A stretch of 63,853 bases of DNA, filler included, from Barthelona sp. PAP020 (lineage: Eukaryota), in NCBI GenBank assembly GCA_040182905.1. It is 27 parts of 27 records of this genome, joined end to end, with 100 filler letters (N's around TTAATTAATTAA, not from the genome) between each part and the next. Parts side by side here need not be neighbours in the genome. Positions count along the whole stretch, not along the records: positions 43,444 to 45,671 come from JARQWU010000856.1; positions 45,772 to 47,989 come from JARQWU010000857.1; positions 48,090 to 50,291 come from JARQWU010000858.1; positions 50,392 to 52,593 come from JARQWU010000859.1; positions 52,694 to 54,877 come from JARQWU010000860.1; positions 54,978 to 57,135 come from JARQWU010000861.1; 21 more parts are not named here. One strand, given 5' to 3'. Below are positions 43,444 through 55,971 of this stretch, piece by piece. Below the pieces are notes generated by a model. The model was not told the origin of the DNA. It saw nothing but the letters and a program-made list of their open reading frames with translations, and searched no databases. Every line of letters starts with the position of its first letter. Position 1 is the stretch's first letter. Made by a program: the position numbers and the translations under genes.

Positions 43444-45668
43444 TCGACCATCAAAGAGCTGAGGTTTTCCAATTGTTCGAATACATTTTTATTCTTAAAT
43501 CTCCAATAATCAATAAATAAGTCATTGATAATACCTTGCATGAAATCGATCTCATGAAAGTTCTCATTCAACATCATTTTCAATTCTTTTCCATTGGACA
43601 ATATTTCAAGATAATCAGGATGCAAGAATTCTTTGTATTCTTTTTCATTTGCAACTATTTCACTGACTCCTGAAAACATTTTTACTTTATTCACTAAATC
43701 TAATTGTTCAACCATCTTTGGATGGAATGACTGAAGCATGTCTTCAATATTTGAACTGACAATATCAAAATCAATCTTTACAGGAATGTTATTTTGTGTG
43801 GCATTATTAGTGATGAATTCTTTGATGATACTGATTGTTGTGATATTGTTTGAATGAAATTCAGTTTTAAATTGATTACCATCCAATTGCAAAATTTTTA
43901 TCCTTAAAACAGTTTTCAAATAATTATGAACAAAGGAGCGTTCAAATTTAACATTGGAAACATCTTCATTTTTGATTAAATTTTCAGGTATTTCAGGAAT
44001 CAACTGAATTAACCAATAATGCATTTGGTTGAATGAATAATTTCCTGTCACACTGACGAAGCTTAGTTTTTTCTGATTTTCTATTATAGTATCCGCTTCT
44101 TCTTCTGCATTATTTGTGTTCGTGTTAATAATTTTACGCTCATACAAAGCTAATGGTAAAATGGGGATGTTAATTGAAGAAGATACAGCATCATTTTCGG
44201 GGATAATTCGGATAGTAATTGTTCCACTTTGTCCTTCTATTGTTCTAAAAATGAAATCAAATGAATTCACATTCTCTACAGGACGGAAAATGGCACCAAA
44301 CCCTTCACCAGATTCAGTGTTGCTTTTAGAGAACACTCGATTCTTATTATTGTTATAATCTATTCCATTGACTTGTATAATATCGACTGGCAAAGAACAG
44401 TAAAAATTAGCATACTTTACACGATGAAAACTTTCCATTTTCAAATGGAAACAACCAATATTCTCAACTAAATTGAATATATGCTTTACATTATTTGTAT
44501 CTTCAACCAATTCCATATTTGTTCCATTATTAACGCCATTTTTATCACGTTGTGTTTCTAACCTAACAACACGTTTACGAATACTTTCAATTTCTTTATT
44601 CAGAGTATAATTTGTACTTCTTACCTCTTTCAGTTGTTCTTCAATATATTCATCATTTTTACTTTTTTTCATAGCAACAGTTTCTGGTTTTACAATCACT
44701 TTTTCTTTCTTTTCTATCATATAATCTGATTCTGCTGGCGTAAAGACAATTATCACCCCATTAAATAATACAACCGCAAATTCATAACAATCATGTTTGG
44801 TAAAACGTCCATGAAGAATGTTGGTTATGCTTGTTTTCAAATTTGAAATGAATTTCATTTCAAGAGTATTTGGTAAATACACAAGAAATTGTCCAGAATC
44901 AGTTCCAACACTCAACACACCCTTATTCTCCTTCATAGTATCAAAATTTAGATATCCATAACATAAACTGGAAATACTGGAACCAGCTACAGCATTAACA
45001 AAGTTTTGTTCAACTAAACTATATTGTCCACTTTCAATCACTAATTTGTAAGACCCAATCATACCATTATCAGTACCAACATAAAAGATGTCGTCAACAT
45101 TTATAATACATGTAACAACTGCAGATGTATTGATCTTATTGACCGATTTACCATTAATTATCAATCTAAGGGTACTATCAGAACAAGATAATAAGGTTAA
45201 AACAATTTTTTTAATTTCATAAAAAACTGAAGTGATTATTTTTTCTCCAGGAATATGATAATCTATTTGCCTTTGATTTTCCATATGATTTAAACTATAA
45301 TCACCAACTGTATATATATGAGTGTTCAATATATAAAAATTCTTTATATCCTCAGCCAAAGAGGTTTGAAATTGAAAAAATTCAGAACCTTTCTTTTTAA
45401 ACCCATAAATTGTCGTACCGCAAGCAGTAAATATTCTATCTTTTCCATTGGGACTATCGGTAAATAGAGAAGTAATAGGATTATCCAAGATTGATTGAAA
45501 ACTGAGTGTTGTAACATTATTTTTCACATTAAATGCAGATAAAGTGGCAGAAGAATCACCAAGGGTAATTTTTTGAGTTTTATTTAAAGTTGTACTTAAA
45601 ACTCTTGCACATAATGGTTGGATCGAACCTACCCTAAATATCTCTTCTTCAGTAAAATCAAATTCCAT
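43444..45668 (-). CDS. BBS7: BBSome subunit BBS7 (3' truncated)
   Basis: KDRIFTA.G..IYGFKKKG..FF.F.T.L.E.I, FRTIEGQ.G, SNNITTISIIKEFIT, QGIINDLFID. Confidence 0.9.
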
Positions 45669-45771
45669 CTTNNNNNNNNNNNNNNNNNNNNNNNNNNNNN
45701 NNNNNNNNNNNNNNNTTAATTAATTAANNNNNNNNNNNNNNNNNNNNNNNNNNNNNNNNNNNNNNNNNNNN

Positions 45772-47989
45772 TTTGATGCCTTTATAAATCAATTCATTCT
45801 TTCATTTAAAGAACATAGAGATCCTCGAATTTTATTAACTATTTTTAAATCAATTAATCTGTTTGGGGAAGTTGAATTGTTGGAAAAGATTTCTAAACCA
45901 TTCATCGCAGACATTTATTCGATGATTTCTGTTTATTATCCCATTTACATATCAAAGGATTCAAAAATTTCCGAAGATCTGAATGACGAATTGACAGTAT
46001 ATTTGAGAAAGGCTCTAATCTGTTGTAATGATTTAATTGGTTTTGCTATACCATTGTTTGCTGAAAAGACATTATGTGCCAGAATAGAAGATCAAATAGA
46101 GGCATTAACATCGATCAAAGAGATGATTGCAAAGATTACATCTGAATCGTTCTTTGAATTTTCAACAGAGATCTTCACATCTATTTGTGAAGCAATTATT
46201 GCTGCGGATAATGATACGGTTGTTACGATTGGACTTGATGCACTTCAAACAAGCCTAAAGTATGCTCAGAGTAACCTGGTTGAAGTACAGTTTGAAAGTT
46301 TTGTGAGATCTGTTGTTCAATTTAGTCTCTATCGATTTGGATATTTTGATCCAGTTGTTAGTCAACGTGGATTGACAATTCTATCTACTACAATTGATGT
46401 GTCTTGTGAAATCTGTTCATTATCACTCGAGATTACCGGAGATATGTTCGAAGGCTTGATCGAGGAATTGGCCCTTGGTGAGCGTTTGAGACGGTTTGAC
46501 ATTTTAGCTAGGATATTTGAAACCTATAAAAACTATGGAATCGACAACTCAAAACACAACACCATGTTCAAGTCCTTTTGGAATTTGCTTTTAGAAGATG
46601 CTGACAAGGGTTCTACGATTGTTCTGAGGTGTCTTTTGTTGATTTTGGTCAACATGCATTTCAATGAAGTTGTTGTGGGCGAAATCATTAGTGTGTTACG
46701 TTTGGTATCTGAAACCGATTGTAAAGTGATGAAAGTGTTTGATGACCTGACGAATATTCCCAGTTTTATGGTTGATGCTTTAAATCTTGTTTCTGATGGT
46801 TTACCTGTTGAAAAACAATGGTACTTTCATCGTGCTCCTTCTGAAAGATTATTTGAGTTTGTGAAAAGACAGGATTGCACAGTTGTCGGTGATGTATATT
46901 TAGATATGCTCAGATTGCTGAATTTCAATGCAGACACTCTTTCTTTGATTAACGATGTATTGAGTAAGAAGAACAGCTTTTCCAGAAGTAAATATCTATA
47001 CTATTTCTACGACAATAGAACTATTTTATCAGCTCATTTGGACGTACTAAACATCAAAGAGGATGAAGAAATTAGCATTATGTTTGGAAAAGTACCAGAA
47101 GAATTCGTTTTTGATGAATTTTGGAACTTCAAATTCGATGACATCATATTTGAGCTTTTGATTGAAAATGGCTTCTTTATTGAGGAAAGCGTTGAAAGAA
47201 CTGTTCAATGTATTGATAAATTGTTTGAAAATCATTTGAATGATCAAGAATTTGAAACAGCTCTTTTGGCATGTTCAAACACAATTAGAGTATTAATCAG
47301 AGAAGAAAATTATTTGGCAAAAGATTTAAAACTTTTGAAATGTTTTGAAAAGTTTGTGAATTGTTTACACACGTTTGTTCTTGGAAATTCGACTTTGGAT
47401 AAAATTGAGATTATTTATTCAAGCATTTCAAAGGTTTTTGAGCCTTTATTTTTCAAGAAAGAAAAAAGATTAGTTTTACCTGCACAAATGTTTATTATTG
47501 AAGCCAGATTATTGAATTTTGTAAAGAATACGCCAAATAAGTATTCGATTGGAATATTGCTTGAGATTTTTAAAAACCTTAATGTTGATGATGGGAACAT
47601 TGGAATTCCTTTCAACCATGTCGTAAAGATACTAGTTGATATTTTGAATAAGGAGCTGTATGTTGATTTGATGTTTAGTTGTTTGAGAGTGCTTCTAACA
47701 AAAGATGAAAACAATTCTATAGATAAAACGTTACTTGTAAATGAAATCTTAAACAACAACCAGCAAAAAATCAAGAATTTTCTAAGCTTTGAGAAATATG
47801 GAGAAAAAATTAGAAAACAATGCTTGTTATTCTTGGATTACTTATTTGAAGATAGAAATAGTCATATTTTGTACAATCAATACATTCAAGATTTGATAAG
47901 AATACTTCGTGATATTTTAGATGACCCTAAGAGGGATATTAGGAAAATAGCAGCAAATTTAAGAAATAAATTGTTCATTTTAGCAGCAA
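45772..47989 (+). CDS. MMS19: MMS19-like HEAT protein (CIA Fe-S targeting), partial
   Basis: N-terminal EHRDPRIL...YYPI and C-terminal LDDPKRDIRKIAANLRN. Confidence 0.75.
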
Positions 47990-48206
47990 NNNNNNNNNNN
48001 NNNNNNNNNNNNNNNNNNNNNNNNNNNNNNNNNTTAATTAATTAANNNNNNNNNNNNNNNNNNNNNNNNNNNNNNNNNNNNNNNNNNNNGTTTATTTTAT
48101 TAACTAACGAATCAAATAATCCTGAGTACCAGCATCTCGGAATTTAAGGAATAACAAAAGGGGAAAAGTTCCCTCGGAAAAAAAAAATGGAAGCCAACTT
48201 GGTTTG

Positions 48207-48770
48207 TCATTTCATTTCTTCATTGAAAAAATCATAAATAAGATTGCCAAGAGAAATTCCTAATTTTTCAATTAACGTTTCGCGACTCGAACCAATTAAT
48301 TCATGTAAATTGTAAAAATTTGCCCCAATTCTTCCCAAAGCTTTAGTGCCAATACCAGGAACTTTCAGTAACATTTTAAGTGGATTTTTTTCTTTAGCTA
48401 TTTTTTCCATCATCTTACTCTTCGATGTTTTCTTTGTGGCCAAACGAATAATAATAGATACTGGAAATTCAAGATCCTCAATAGGAACAATAGAGATAGT
48501 AGAGTCTTCCATACTCTTCAATCTTAAAAAATGAAATTGAGGGTTTTGTCCATTGATAAACAGAATTTTCCGTAAATAAAAACTGTCCTTTATTTGATCG
48601 AAATTAAATTCACTTGTATTAGTATCAACATACCATACACCTATTGTAGAAACAGGAACAATTTGAGCATCAATTGATGACAAATAAGTAATAGATACGT
48701 CAAATTTCGTTATTCCTTTCACAAGAACATTATCTGAAAAATCTTCTCTGACTAAAATGGTTGGTCGCAT
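48207..48770 (-). CDS. FAAP24/ERCC1-like protein with a C-terminal (HhH)2 domain
   Basis: LLKVPGIGTK...FYNLHELIGSSRETL.EKLG. Confidence 0.6.
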   Translation of the reverse strand: MRPTILVREDFSDNVLVKGITKFDVSITYLSSIDAQIVPVSTIGVWYVDTNTSEFNFDQIKDSFYLRKILFINGQNPQFHFLRLKSMEDSTISIVPIEDLEFPVSIIIRLATKKTSKSKMMEKIAKEKNPLKMLLKVPGIGTKALGRIGANFYNLHELIGSSRETLIEKLGISLGNLIYDFFNEEMK

Positions 48771-48842
48771 CCATTATTCTGAAAAAAAAAAGCTACTTTT
48801 TCATTTTTCTTCTTTTTTTTTCTGAATTCGGTTGAAGATGAA

Positions 48843-50291
48843 ATGAATGAATCATTTGATATCAACGAATCTTTTCAAATGACAAATTTTGAGCAATTGG
48901 ATCCTGATGAAGATATGAATACTTTCAATTGCACCTTTTTTTTTTCAATTCCAAAAATCATATCATTAGGTGAGATTAAACTGCGAAATTTTCAATATAA
49001 TTCACAAAAATATGAGTACATTATCAAATTTGATTTGACAACATTACATGTTGGTTTTTTTATTAAAAATTTGGATGATAAATCACAAAAAACGAATGAT
49101 TCCTCTTTATTATTAAAACTGTTTGGTTATATTAATAATCGTGAACCGTTAGTGCGACATTGCAAAGTCATATCACCTTTTAATTGTTTTGGTTTGCCCT
49201 TTTTTTTAAATTTACAGGATATAATTTTTAAAATAGACCCCACAACAGAAATAACATTGTCAGAACAAATTCAAGCAATTTGGAATGAAAGTACTGATTA
49301 TAACAAACGTTATGAAAAACTTCTAAGAATATTGACCAATGATTATCGTTGTAGAAAGAAAATAGATATGAAGAACATCAGAATAGATGTGGTTTTACAA
49401 GATTTAAATACTAACTATTCTCCAAATTCCAAAGAAAGGAATTTGCTTGATCACATTTCAACACCTAACAATTTTGAAAATTGTCCTTATATTGGTTTAT
49501 TAAATCAAGGAGCTACATGTTATTTAAATTCGTTAATGCAAAATTTATTTCATTTGTCCATATTTAGAAGTGTAATTTATGGTATTCCAACCTTCAACAG
49601 ATTAAAACCCAATGTCATTGTTCAGGCCCTTCAACATTTGTTTATTCAGTTGGAATATAAAAAGATGATGACAAACAGTGATACTGGTGTGTCTACCCTT
49701 GAATTAACCAAAGCATTTGGTTGGAATGGTGCACAAACCTTTGTACAGCACGATGTAACTGAATTGATGCAGATTCTTTTTGAATCTTTGGAAAAGATGT
49801 TGAATAGATATTTGCTGGGAGTGCTGAGTCGTCAACACTTTCATAAGAAGACTATCGAATCTAATAACTTAATTGTTGAAACGATGGATGACAATACTTT
49901 CATCTTTAATGATTCATTTGACAAAAGGGACACAGCATGTAAAATGGATAAAAAAATGAAAAAAGATGAGCATGAGAGAACTCTTTTTTTTTCTGAGTTG
50001 AGATCTTTACTGGTAAATCCGATTACTACTCCTTTCACTGGGCAATATTGTTCTTATATCAAATGCAAAAATGTTCATGTTTCATCTGTAAATTTAGAGC
50101 CATTCAGAGAAATTCCTCTTGCTGTTCAAGGATTTCCTTCATTGACTGCATCACTTCGCGATTTTTGTAATCCTGATGAATTGTTTGCAGAAAATCAATA
50201 TCGTACTGAAAGTCATGGATTGCAAGATGCTTATAAAGGAACATTGTTTTACCAATGTCCTCAAATTCTTTGTTGTTCTTTGAAAAGATTT
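48843..50291 (+). CDS. Ubiquitin-specific protease, USP7-like (3' truncated)
   Basis: Cys box GLLNQGATCYLNSLMQ, ST.ELTKAFGW, QHDVTEL, NQY...HGLQDA.KG. Confidence 0.9.
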
Positions 50292-50563
50292 NNNNNNNNN
50301 NNNNNNNNNNNNNNNNNNNNNNNNNNNNNNNNNNNTTAATTAATTAANNNNNNNNNNNNNNNNNNNNNNNNNNNNNNNNNNNNNNNNNNNNAAATTTCTG
50401 CTCAAGAAGAAATGGAAGCCCCTGAGGAATACAATGCTCCTGATTTCAGTGCTCCCATGGAAGACGAAAACTGGGCTGCTGAAAACTAATTTTTGAAAAT
50501 TTTATAAAAGGTTGGTCATTGCAAATTTTTTTTTTTTTTATTTACCGAGAATATCAATATCAA

Positions 50564-50999
50564 ATGCTTTTGGTTGATGAAGAATTTACTATTAGAAATA
50601 TAGATGCAGAAGGAAAACATTTTGACAAAGGTTTTTAAAACAATTCGATAATTTTTCACTAATCTTTTAGTTTCCCGATTAGAGTGTGAAAGTGAAGCAT
50701 CGAACAAGCGTCTTACCATAGATATTATGACAAGTTTATTTCCTGTCTGTATTGGTCAAAAATTGGCTGTTATGATAACTGATGAAGTAAAAAGTGATGA
50801 AACAAATGAAAATTGGTTAGATATTCACAGTTATGCAATGAATGGTAAGGTTTTTCAATTTTCTAAGAGTGAAAGTGAAGATTCTTTGTCTGTTTATGCA
50901 TCATTTGGTGGTTTATTAATGGAACTTGTTGATTCCGTTGAAAATTTAACCAGTGTTGGTCTTGATCAAGAAATATACTTTTTGTGCAATGTTGTTTAG
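50564..50999 (+). CDS. RPB8: RNA polymerase I/II/III common subunit RPB8, intron 50631-50670 (40 nt)
   Basis: Splicing gives IDAEGKHFDK|VSRLECES; also YAMNGKVF and SVYASFGGLLM. Confidence 0.93.
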
Positions 51000-51171
51000 T
51001 CTTCTCTTTAAATTTTTTTGTTTCAACGTTATAAATTTTGTTTCATTTTTGTTTTAATTGGTTTGTAAAAAAAGAAAAAGGTAAAAAATTTTGTTATAAA
51101 AAAAAGGTCTCGCAAAAAGTTTATTATATAGCAAGATAATGAGTTGCTATCAGAAGTTAAAACTAATATAA

Positions 51172-51936
51172 TTATTCAAAGTTTCTGACAACCTTGGCAC
51201 CAGGACGCAAACCAGTACGACGGGCTCTAATAAGACCAACCTTACGACCAGGGGCAGTATGACCAGAAACAGTAGAAGGATGACCAATGTGTTGATGATT
51301 ACCACCACCATGAGGATGTTCTACAGGATTCATAGCAACACCTCTAACTCTTGGCCAGCAACGACGTTTGGCTCTATACTTGTGATATTGAACACCAGCT
51401 TTCATAATGGGCTTATCAGTTCTACCACCACCAGCAACTAAACCAATCATAGCACGAGCGGCAGAAGGGATAGTTTTCTTCTTTCCAGAGGGAAGACGAA
51501 TACGTGTTTTATCACCAAGTTGAGAAAGAACAACAGCAGATTCACCAGAAGCACGAGCAAAAGCACCACGATCACCACATTTGTTTTCAACGTTGCAAAC
51601 GAAGGTACCTTCAGGAAGAGAACCAACGGGAACAATATTACCGATGGCAAGAACGGCTTTCTTTCCAGAAAAGACATATTGACCAGTGTACATTCCTTCA
51701 GCGGCAATGAAAGTTTCGGTGACTTTACCGAAACTCTTAGTATTACGGAATTCAACCTTGGCAAGAGGAGCACCACGACCAGAGTCATGAACAATTTCCT
51801 TGACAATACCACGTGAAAAACCATGCTTTTCAACATAATCTAAAGAACGAAGTTTGGCAGCACCCTTACGGTGATGAGTGTTGGCTGTGAAAATAGAACC
51901 AGCACCCTTTCTTTGACCTCTAATAATCTTACCCAT
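51172..51936 (-). CDS. RPL8: 60S ribosomal protein L8 (uL2)
   Basis: [48 protein letters not shown]. Confidence 0.98.
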   Translation of the reverse strand: MGKIIRGQRKGAGSIFTANTHHRKGAAKLRSLDYVEKHGFSRGIVKEIVHDSGRGAPLAKVEFRNTKSFGKVTETFIAAEGMYTGQYVFSGKKAVLAIGNIVPVGSLPEGTFVCNVENKCGDRGAFARASGESAVVLSQLGDKTRIRLPSGKKKTIPSAARAMIGLVAGGGRTDKPIMKAGVQYHKYRAKRRCWPRVRGVAMNPVEHPHGGGNHQHIGHPSTVSGHTAPGRKVGLIRARRTGLRPGAKVVRNFE

Positions 51937-51943
51937 TGAGAAC

Positions 51944-52040
51944 CTAAATGTTAGAGTTGATCTTTTTTTAAACTGGAAAATAGGCAGAACATAGTATAAA
52001 CAATACTACAATCTAAATAACAGAGAACAATAACACAAAC
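51944..52040 (-). other. Probable 5'-UTR intron of RPL8 (97 nt)
   Basis: AAG|GTTTGT...CTCTAACATTTAG|GTTCTCAATG; same signals as the frame-validated introns. Confidence 0.65.
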
Positions 52041-52118
52041 CTTTTGAGAAACTAAAGTGAAAAAAGGACGAAAAAAAATTTGTAAATTTTTTAAACATTT
52101 TTCTTTGAAATTATCTTT

Positions 52119-52445
52119 ATGCAAGAGAGGACCTCAAACTCAATAAGTGATATTCGAAAACAAATGAATTATCCATTAGTGGCTACATGTTTTATGAATG
52201 AGGAGATGAAACTTGAAGCTGTGGAAATTTGTGTAAATGCTTTGGAGAAATATGCCAATAATAATGAAAACGCTGCTAAATCTATAAAAGAAACAATGGA
52301 TCGAAAATTTGGTTCGATGTGGCATTGCATTGTTGGTGAGGGTTTTTCTTTTTCGGTTGAACATGAAGATACGAATGTTCTTTTGTTGTATTTTGGTGCT
52401 ACTGCTGTCCTTATATTTAAATCTGTTCCTTCTGATTGTATTTAA
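52119..52445 (+). CDS. DNAL4: Axonemal dynein light chain 4 (LC8 family)
   Basis: YPLV...MNEEMK...EKYANNNENAAKSIKETMDRKFG.MWHCIVGEGF. Confidence 0.85.
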   Translation: MQERTSNSISDIRKQMNYPLVATCFMNEEMKLEAVEICVNALEKYANNNENAAKSIKETMDRKFGSMWHCIVGEGFSFSVEHEDTNVLLLYFGATAVLIFKSVPSDCI

Positions 52446-52693
52446 AGGATGAAAACAAAAGTTAAAATTAAAATATTTATTTGTTGATATACACTTTTCA
52501 TTTTGAAAGAGAGAAAAAAAAGAAAGATATTTTGACATCTTTTGTGTGTTCTGTTGGTGATTTAATTATTCTTTTTTTTTTTTTTTTTTTTTTNNNNNNN
52601 NNNNNNNNNNNNNNNNNNNNNNNNNNNNNNNNNNNNNTTAATTAATTAANNNNNNNNNNNNNNNNNNNNNNNNNNNNNNNNNNNNNNNNNNNN

Positions 52694-52780
52694 TCAATCG
52701 GGCCTCGAAAGCCTTTAACCAAATAAACACTATTCTTTCTTATTCACTCATACGCACAGTGCTTCTTGGCTTGGAAATAA
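52694..52780 (-). repeat. Repeat family A, partial at the contig start
   Basis: TCAATCGGGCCTCGAAAGCC...CTTGGCTTGGAAATAA. Confidence 0.9.
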
Positions 52781-53738
52781 ATAGTAAAAATAAATATTTA
52801 TTTTCATTTATTTATAAATGAACAATTTTTAAATTTAAAAAGAGATTTTTATTTCTTATATCAAGTTATTATGTTAAAGAGTACGATGATTAGAAAATTT
52901 CGGAGACATTATCTGCCGAAAAAAAAGAGAATGTAATTACGAGGATTAAATTCAAAACTTCTTGAAGCAAGTAGGTTATGAGCTGGCCTTATCTCTGCTT
53001 TTGAGATTACTTTCTCTACTTTCTCATACTTTTGTTCGTCTTCTCATATAAAGCTTCTTTCTCATCTAAAATCTTCTGCGTGGGTCATACATGTCTTATT
53101 TATGAAAATGTTTGTAAAATCTTTACACTTCATTTTTTTTAAAGAATGATTTAAAAACTGTAAATTTTTTGTACAATTTACAATTCATTCACAATGTGTC
53201 TCATTCTTTATAAATTTAAGGAAAATAAGGCTCGTAATCTACATGTGTAATTTTTACTAATCGTTGATACAGCAAGAGAATTTTATCCAATTGAATTAAT
53301 CAGTTCAAATACAACAAAACTCTCTAAATTAGAAACACTTGATAAATAATTTGCAAATAAAAACCCCAAATAACAATTTCTTTTGACAATACCAATAAAA
53401 TTATAAAATTATAAAAATACAAAAAAATTTTCACAAAAAATTTCAATTTCAAATACAATTGAAAGTCTAATGACAGTTCTTTTGTTGTCACAAACTAAAA
53501 TATGATAAAATATTGAGAAAATAAGAAACAATTATCAAAAATACTTTTTAAACATATATTCGCCAAATATAATTATTTAATACTTAGATATTGGTATCAT
53601 TTCAAAAATAAAAAAAAGAATCGGGAAAAAATTTTCCTGCCGAAAAATGTGTCATGAAAAATTTTCCTTCCCAAAATGACCAAGTATAAATTTTTTTTTC
53701 CGAATAAACCATATTATTTTTTTATCAAATAATTATAT

Positions 53739-54137
53739 ATGAGTGCAGCTGAAGTTCGTTCTCGTTCTCAAAGAGCTAAATTAATTTTTAACGTTGGTCG
53801 TGTTCACCGTCATCTTCGTGAAGGACATTTTGCCGATCGTATTGGTTCTAAGGCTCCTATTTATCTTACCGCCGTTCTTGAATACTTAGTTTATGAAGTC
53901 TTTGACTGTGCTAAGTACTATGTTGAACGTGATTCTCGTAGAAGAGTTACTTCTCGTCATCTTTTATTCGCTATTCGTAAGGATGGTGAATTGAACAAAT
54001 TATTACCCAATGTCATCATTTCTGAATCTGGTGTTGTTCCTTTCATTCATCCCAAGTTACTTCCTGAAGGTACTAAGGCCAGAAGAGAAGCTGAACTTGC
54101 TTTGGAATCTGATGAACAAGGTCCTGAAGAACAATAA
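53739..54137 (+). CDS. Histone H2A (divergent)
   Basis: SRSQRA.L.F.VGRVHR.LR, APIYL.AVLEYL, RHL..AIR.D.EL.KLL, IH..LLP. Confidence 0.92.
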   Translation: MSAAEVRSRSQRAKLIFNVGRVHRHLREGHFADRIGSKAPIYLTAVLEYLVYEVFDCAKYYVERDSRRRVTSRHLLFAIRKDGELNKLLPNVIISESGVVPFIHPKLLPEGTKARREAELALESDEQGPEEQ

Positions 54138-54272
54138 GATAGTATATACAAATTCTAGACAATACACAAATATTTCTTTCTTTTAATGAATAAATGTACA
54201 TTTGATTTGTTGTTTCTAATTATTTATGAGAAATAAATAAATAAGTAAATGCCTTTTATGAAGATAAAATTC

Positions 54273-54608
54273 TTAAGTTAAATTAGCAGAAATATTGCTT
54301 GAACCTCCACTTTTCAAGTAATTTACATGATCATAATGTTGACAAGATACACAAGGAAAACAGCAAACAACTTCAAAAGCATCGATAAATTGATGTCTCC
54401 CAAAACCTGTTCCAGTGGAACGAAATCTTTGTCTCATGTAATAACTGGCCATGTTAGTACCACAACAACAATCACAAAGTTCACATTCTCTGTCATCCAT
54501 TTTGGATTTAGTTTGTCCAACTAAATAACATGGAATGAAACATCCAAACAGACAAGTTTTGGTATCATTACCGAAATTGAAAAGTCCTTCAGAAAAGTGG
54601 TTGGGCAT
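54273..54608 (-). CDS. PLAC8-family cysteine-rich protein
   Basis: FSEGLF...D...CLFGCFIPCYL.G...R...R...CCFPCVSCQ. Confidence 0.85.
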   Translation of the reverse strand: MPNHFSEGLFNFGNDTKTCLFGCFIPCYLVGQTKSKMDDRECELCDCCCGTNMASYYMRQRFRSTGTGFGRHQFIDAFEVVCCFPCVSCQHYDHVNYLKSGGSSNISANLT

Positions 54609-55134
54609 TAAAAATTAAGAATTTGTTTATTCTAGTTGTGAGAATGAGCAAATATTAATGTTTGAAAAGTTATAAAAGAATGAAAACAAAGTCTTTTTTG
54701 CAAATGAATTTTGTTTTGAATTTAGTAATAAAATTAACAACACATTTGTTCGAATAATTTTGATGAGTTTATTGGCTTTGAAAAAAAAAAAAAAAAAAAA
54801 AAATTTTTTTTTTTTAAAAAAAAAGGAAAAATTTAATTTTTAAAAAAAGAAAAAAAAAAAAAAAAAAGTAAAAAAAANNNNNNNNNNNNNNNNNNNNNNN
54901 NNNNNNNNNNNNNNNNNNNNNTTAATTAATTAANNNNNNNNNNNNNNNNNNNNNNNNNNNNNNNNNNNNNNNNNNNNAAATGGTTCGACTAGTTTTTCGA
55001 TGGGTTCTTCCAACTTTGTTACATTCCAATCTTTGAATTCCTTAAATTTTTCCAAGGTGGGTGATTCTAAATTGGAGTTGTTATTATTCATGACAATAAG
55101 TGGTAAATAACAATGAAAAAACGGTTTTACAAAT

Positions 55135-55752
55135 TTATTGAAGAGGGTGTTTCTTTTTTAAAATATGAATAAATGTTCCATTTAAATCATCAACAACATG
55201 TGTTAATTTATTTTTCTCATTATTATTAGAGAATTTAAACTCATTAATGATAAAAAATTGTTCAACAAAAGACGCAAACTCTTTTCGATGATAATTTAAT
55301 GAGCTATGTGATATCATTAATATTATTCCATCGTTAGCCAATAGTTTTGAACAGTAATTACAATAACCAATTATTGAATCTGAAGGATCAATTTTCATCA
55401 ATAAACAATCAAAACATCCTTTATCAACAATCAAATCAAAAGATATATTGATTTCAGAAGGAACAGTAGAAATATCAGTGCAATCTGAAACAAACCAAGT
55501 ACAATATCTTTCAATTTTCCTTTTTTCAATAATTTCATTCACAAAATCAGTAGCGAAGATATTTGTAAACCCATAATGTTTTTGTTGCAAAGGAAAACTA
55601 CTGGTTCCAACTCCAATATTTAATATTGAAGAAGAAAATGGTAGATTCAAGTAAAGTTCTTGCAAATCCGCAAAATTCACAGAATACCATTCTTTTTCTG
55701 GATTTTCTTTCGAATAATCTGTCCAAAAACTGATTTCATCACCAAAACTCAT
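55135..55752 (-). CDS. Class I SAM methyltransferase, EEF1AKMT4/METTL13-like
   Basis: FW...EWY, ILNIGVGTS, TDF, FDLIVDKGCFDCLL. Confidence 0.75.
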   Translation of the reverse strand: MSFGDEISFWTDYSKENPEKEWYSVNFADLQELYLNLPFSSSILNIGVGTSSFPLQQKHYGFTNIFATDFVNEIIEKRKIERYCTWFVSDCTDISTVPSEINISFDLIVDKGCFDCLLMKIDPSDSIIGYCNYCSKLLANDGIILMISHSSLNYHRKEFASFVEQFFIINEFKFSNNNEKNKLTHVVDDLNGTFIHILKKKHPLQ

Positions 55753-55971
55753 TAAATGAAAGAATTAGCGTTTCTTTTCTTTTTTTTTTTAAAAAAAAAC
55801 TTATTTAGGATATGTTAAAAGTTAATTTGATATTATTAAAATGAATTGAAAAAAATTCAAAAATAATTTGATGTGATTTGATTTGGAAAGCTTGATGTGA
55901 GAAGTTTACAGTAATTGTGATAAGATACTGTAAAATGCATGAAAATAACTGTTTAACTAATTTATACAATA

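Noticed and set aside
50392..50489. Short acidic C-terminus (and similar stubs at 9925, 31418, 43125, 54978, 59486, 61522)
   Set aside because: Likely real gene ends cut by contig edges, but too short to name.
51447..51836. Alternate-frame ORFs over RPL8 (and similar ones over RPL34, SET1, BTF3 and the LRR gene)
   Set aside because: By-products of codon bias in real genes.
54781..54877. Long A/T runs as a retro-element tail
   Set aside because: Low-complexity contig end, likely poor-quality sequence; similar runs occur at 24515 and 52570.
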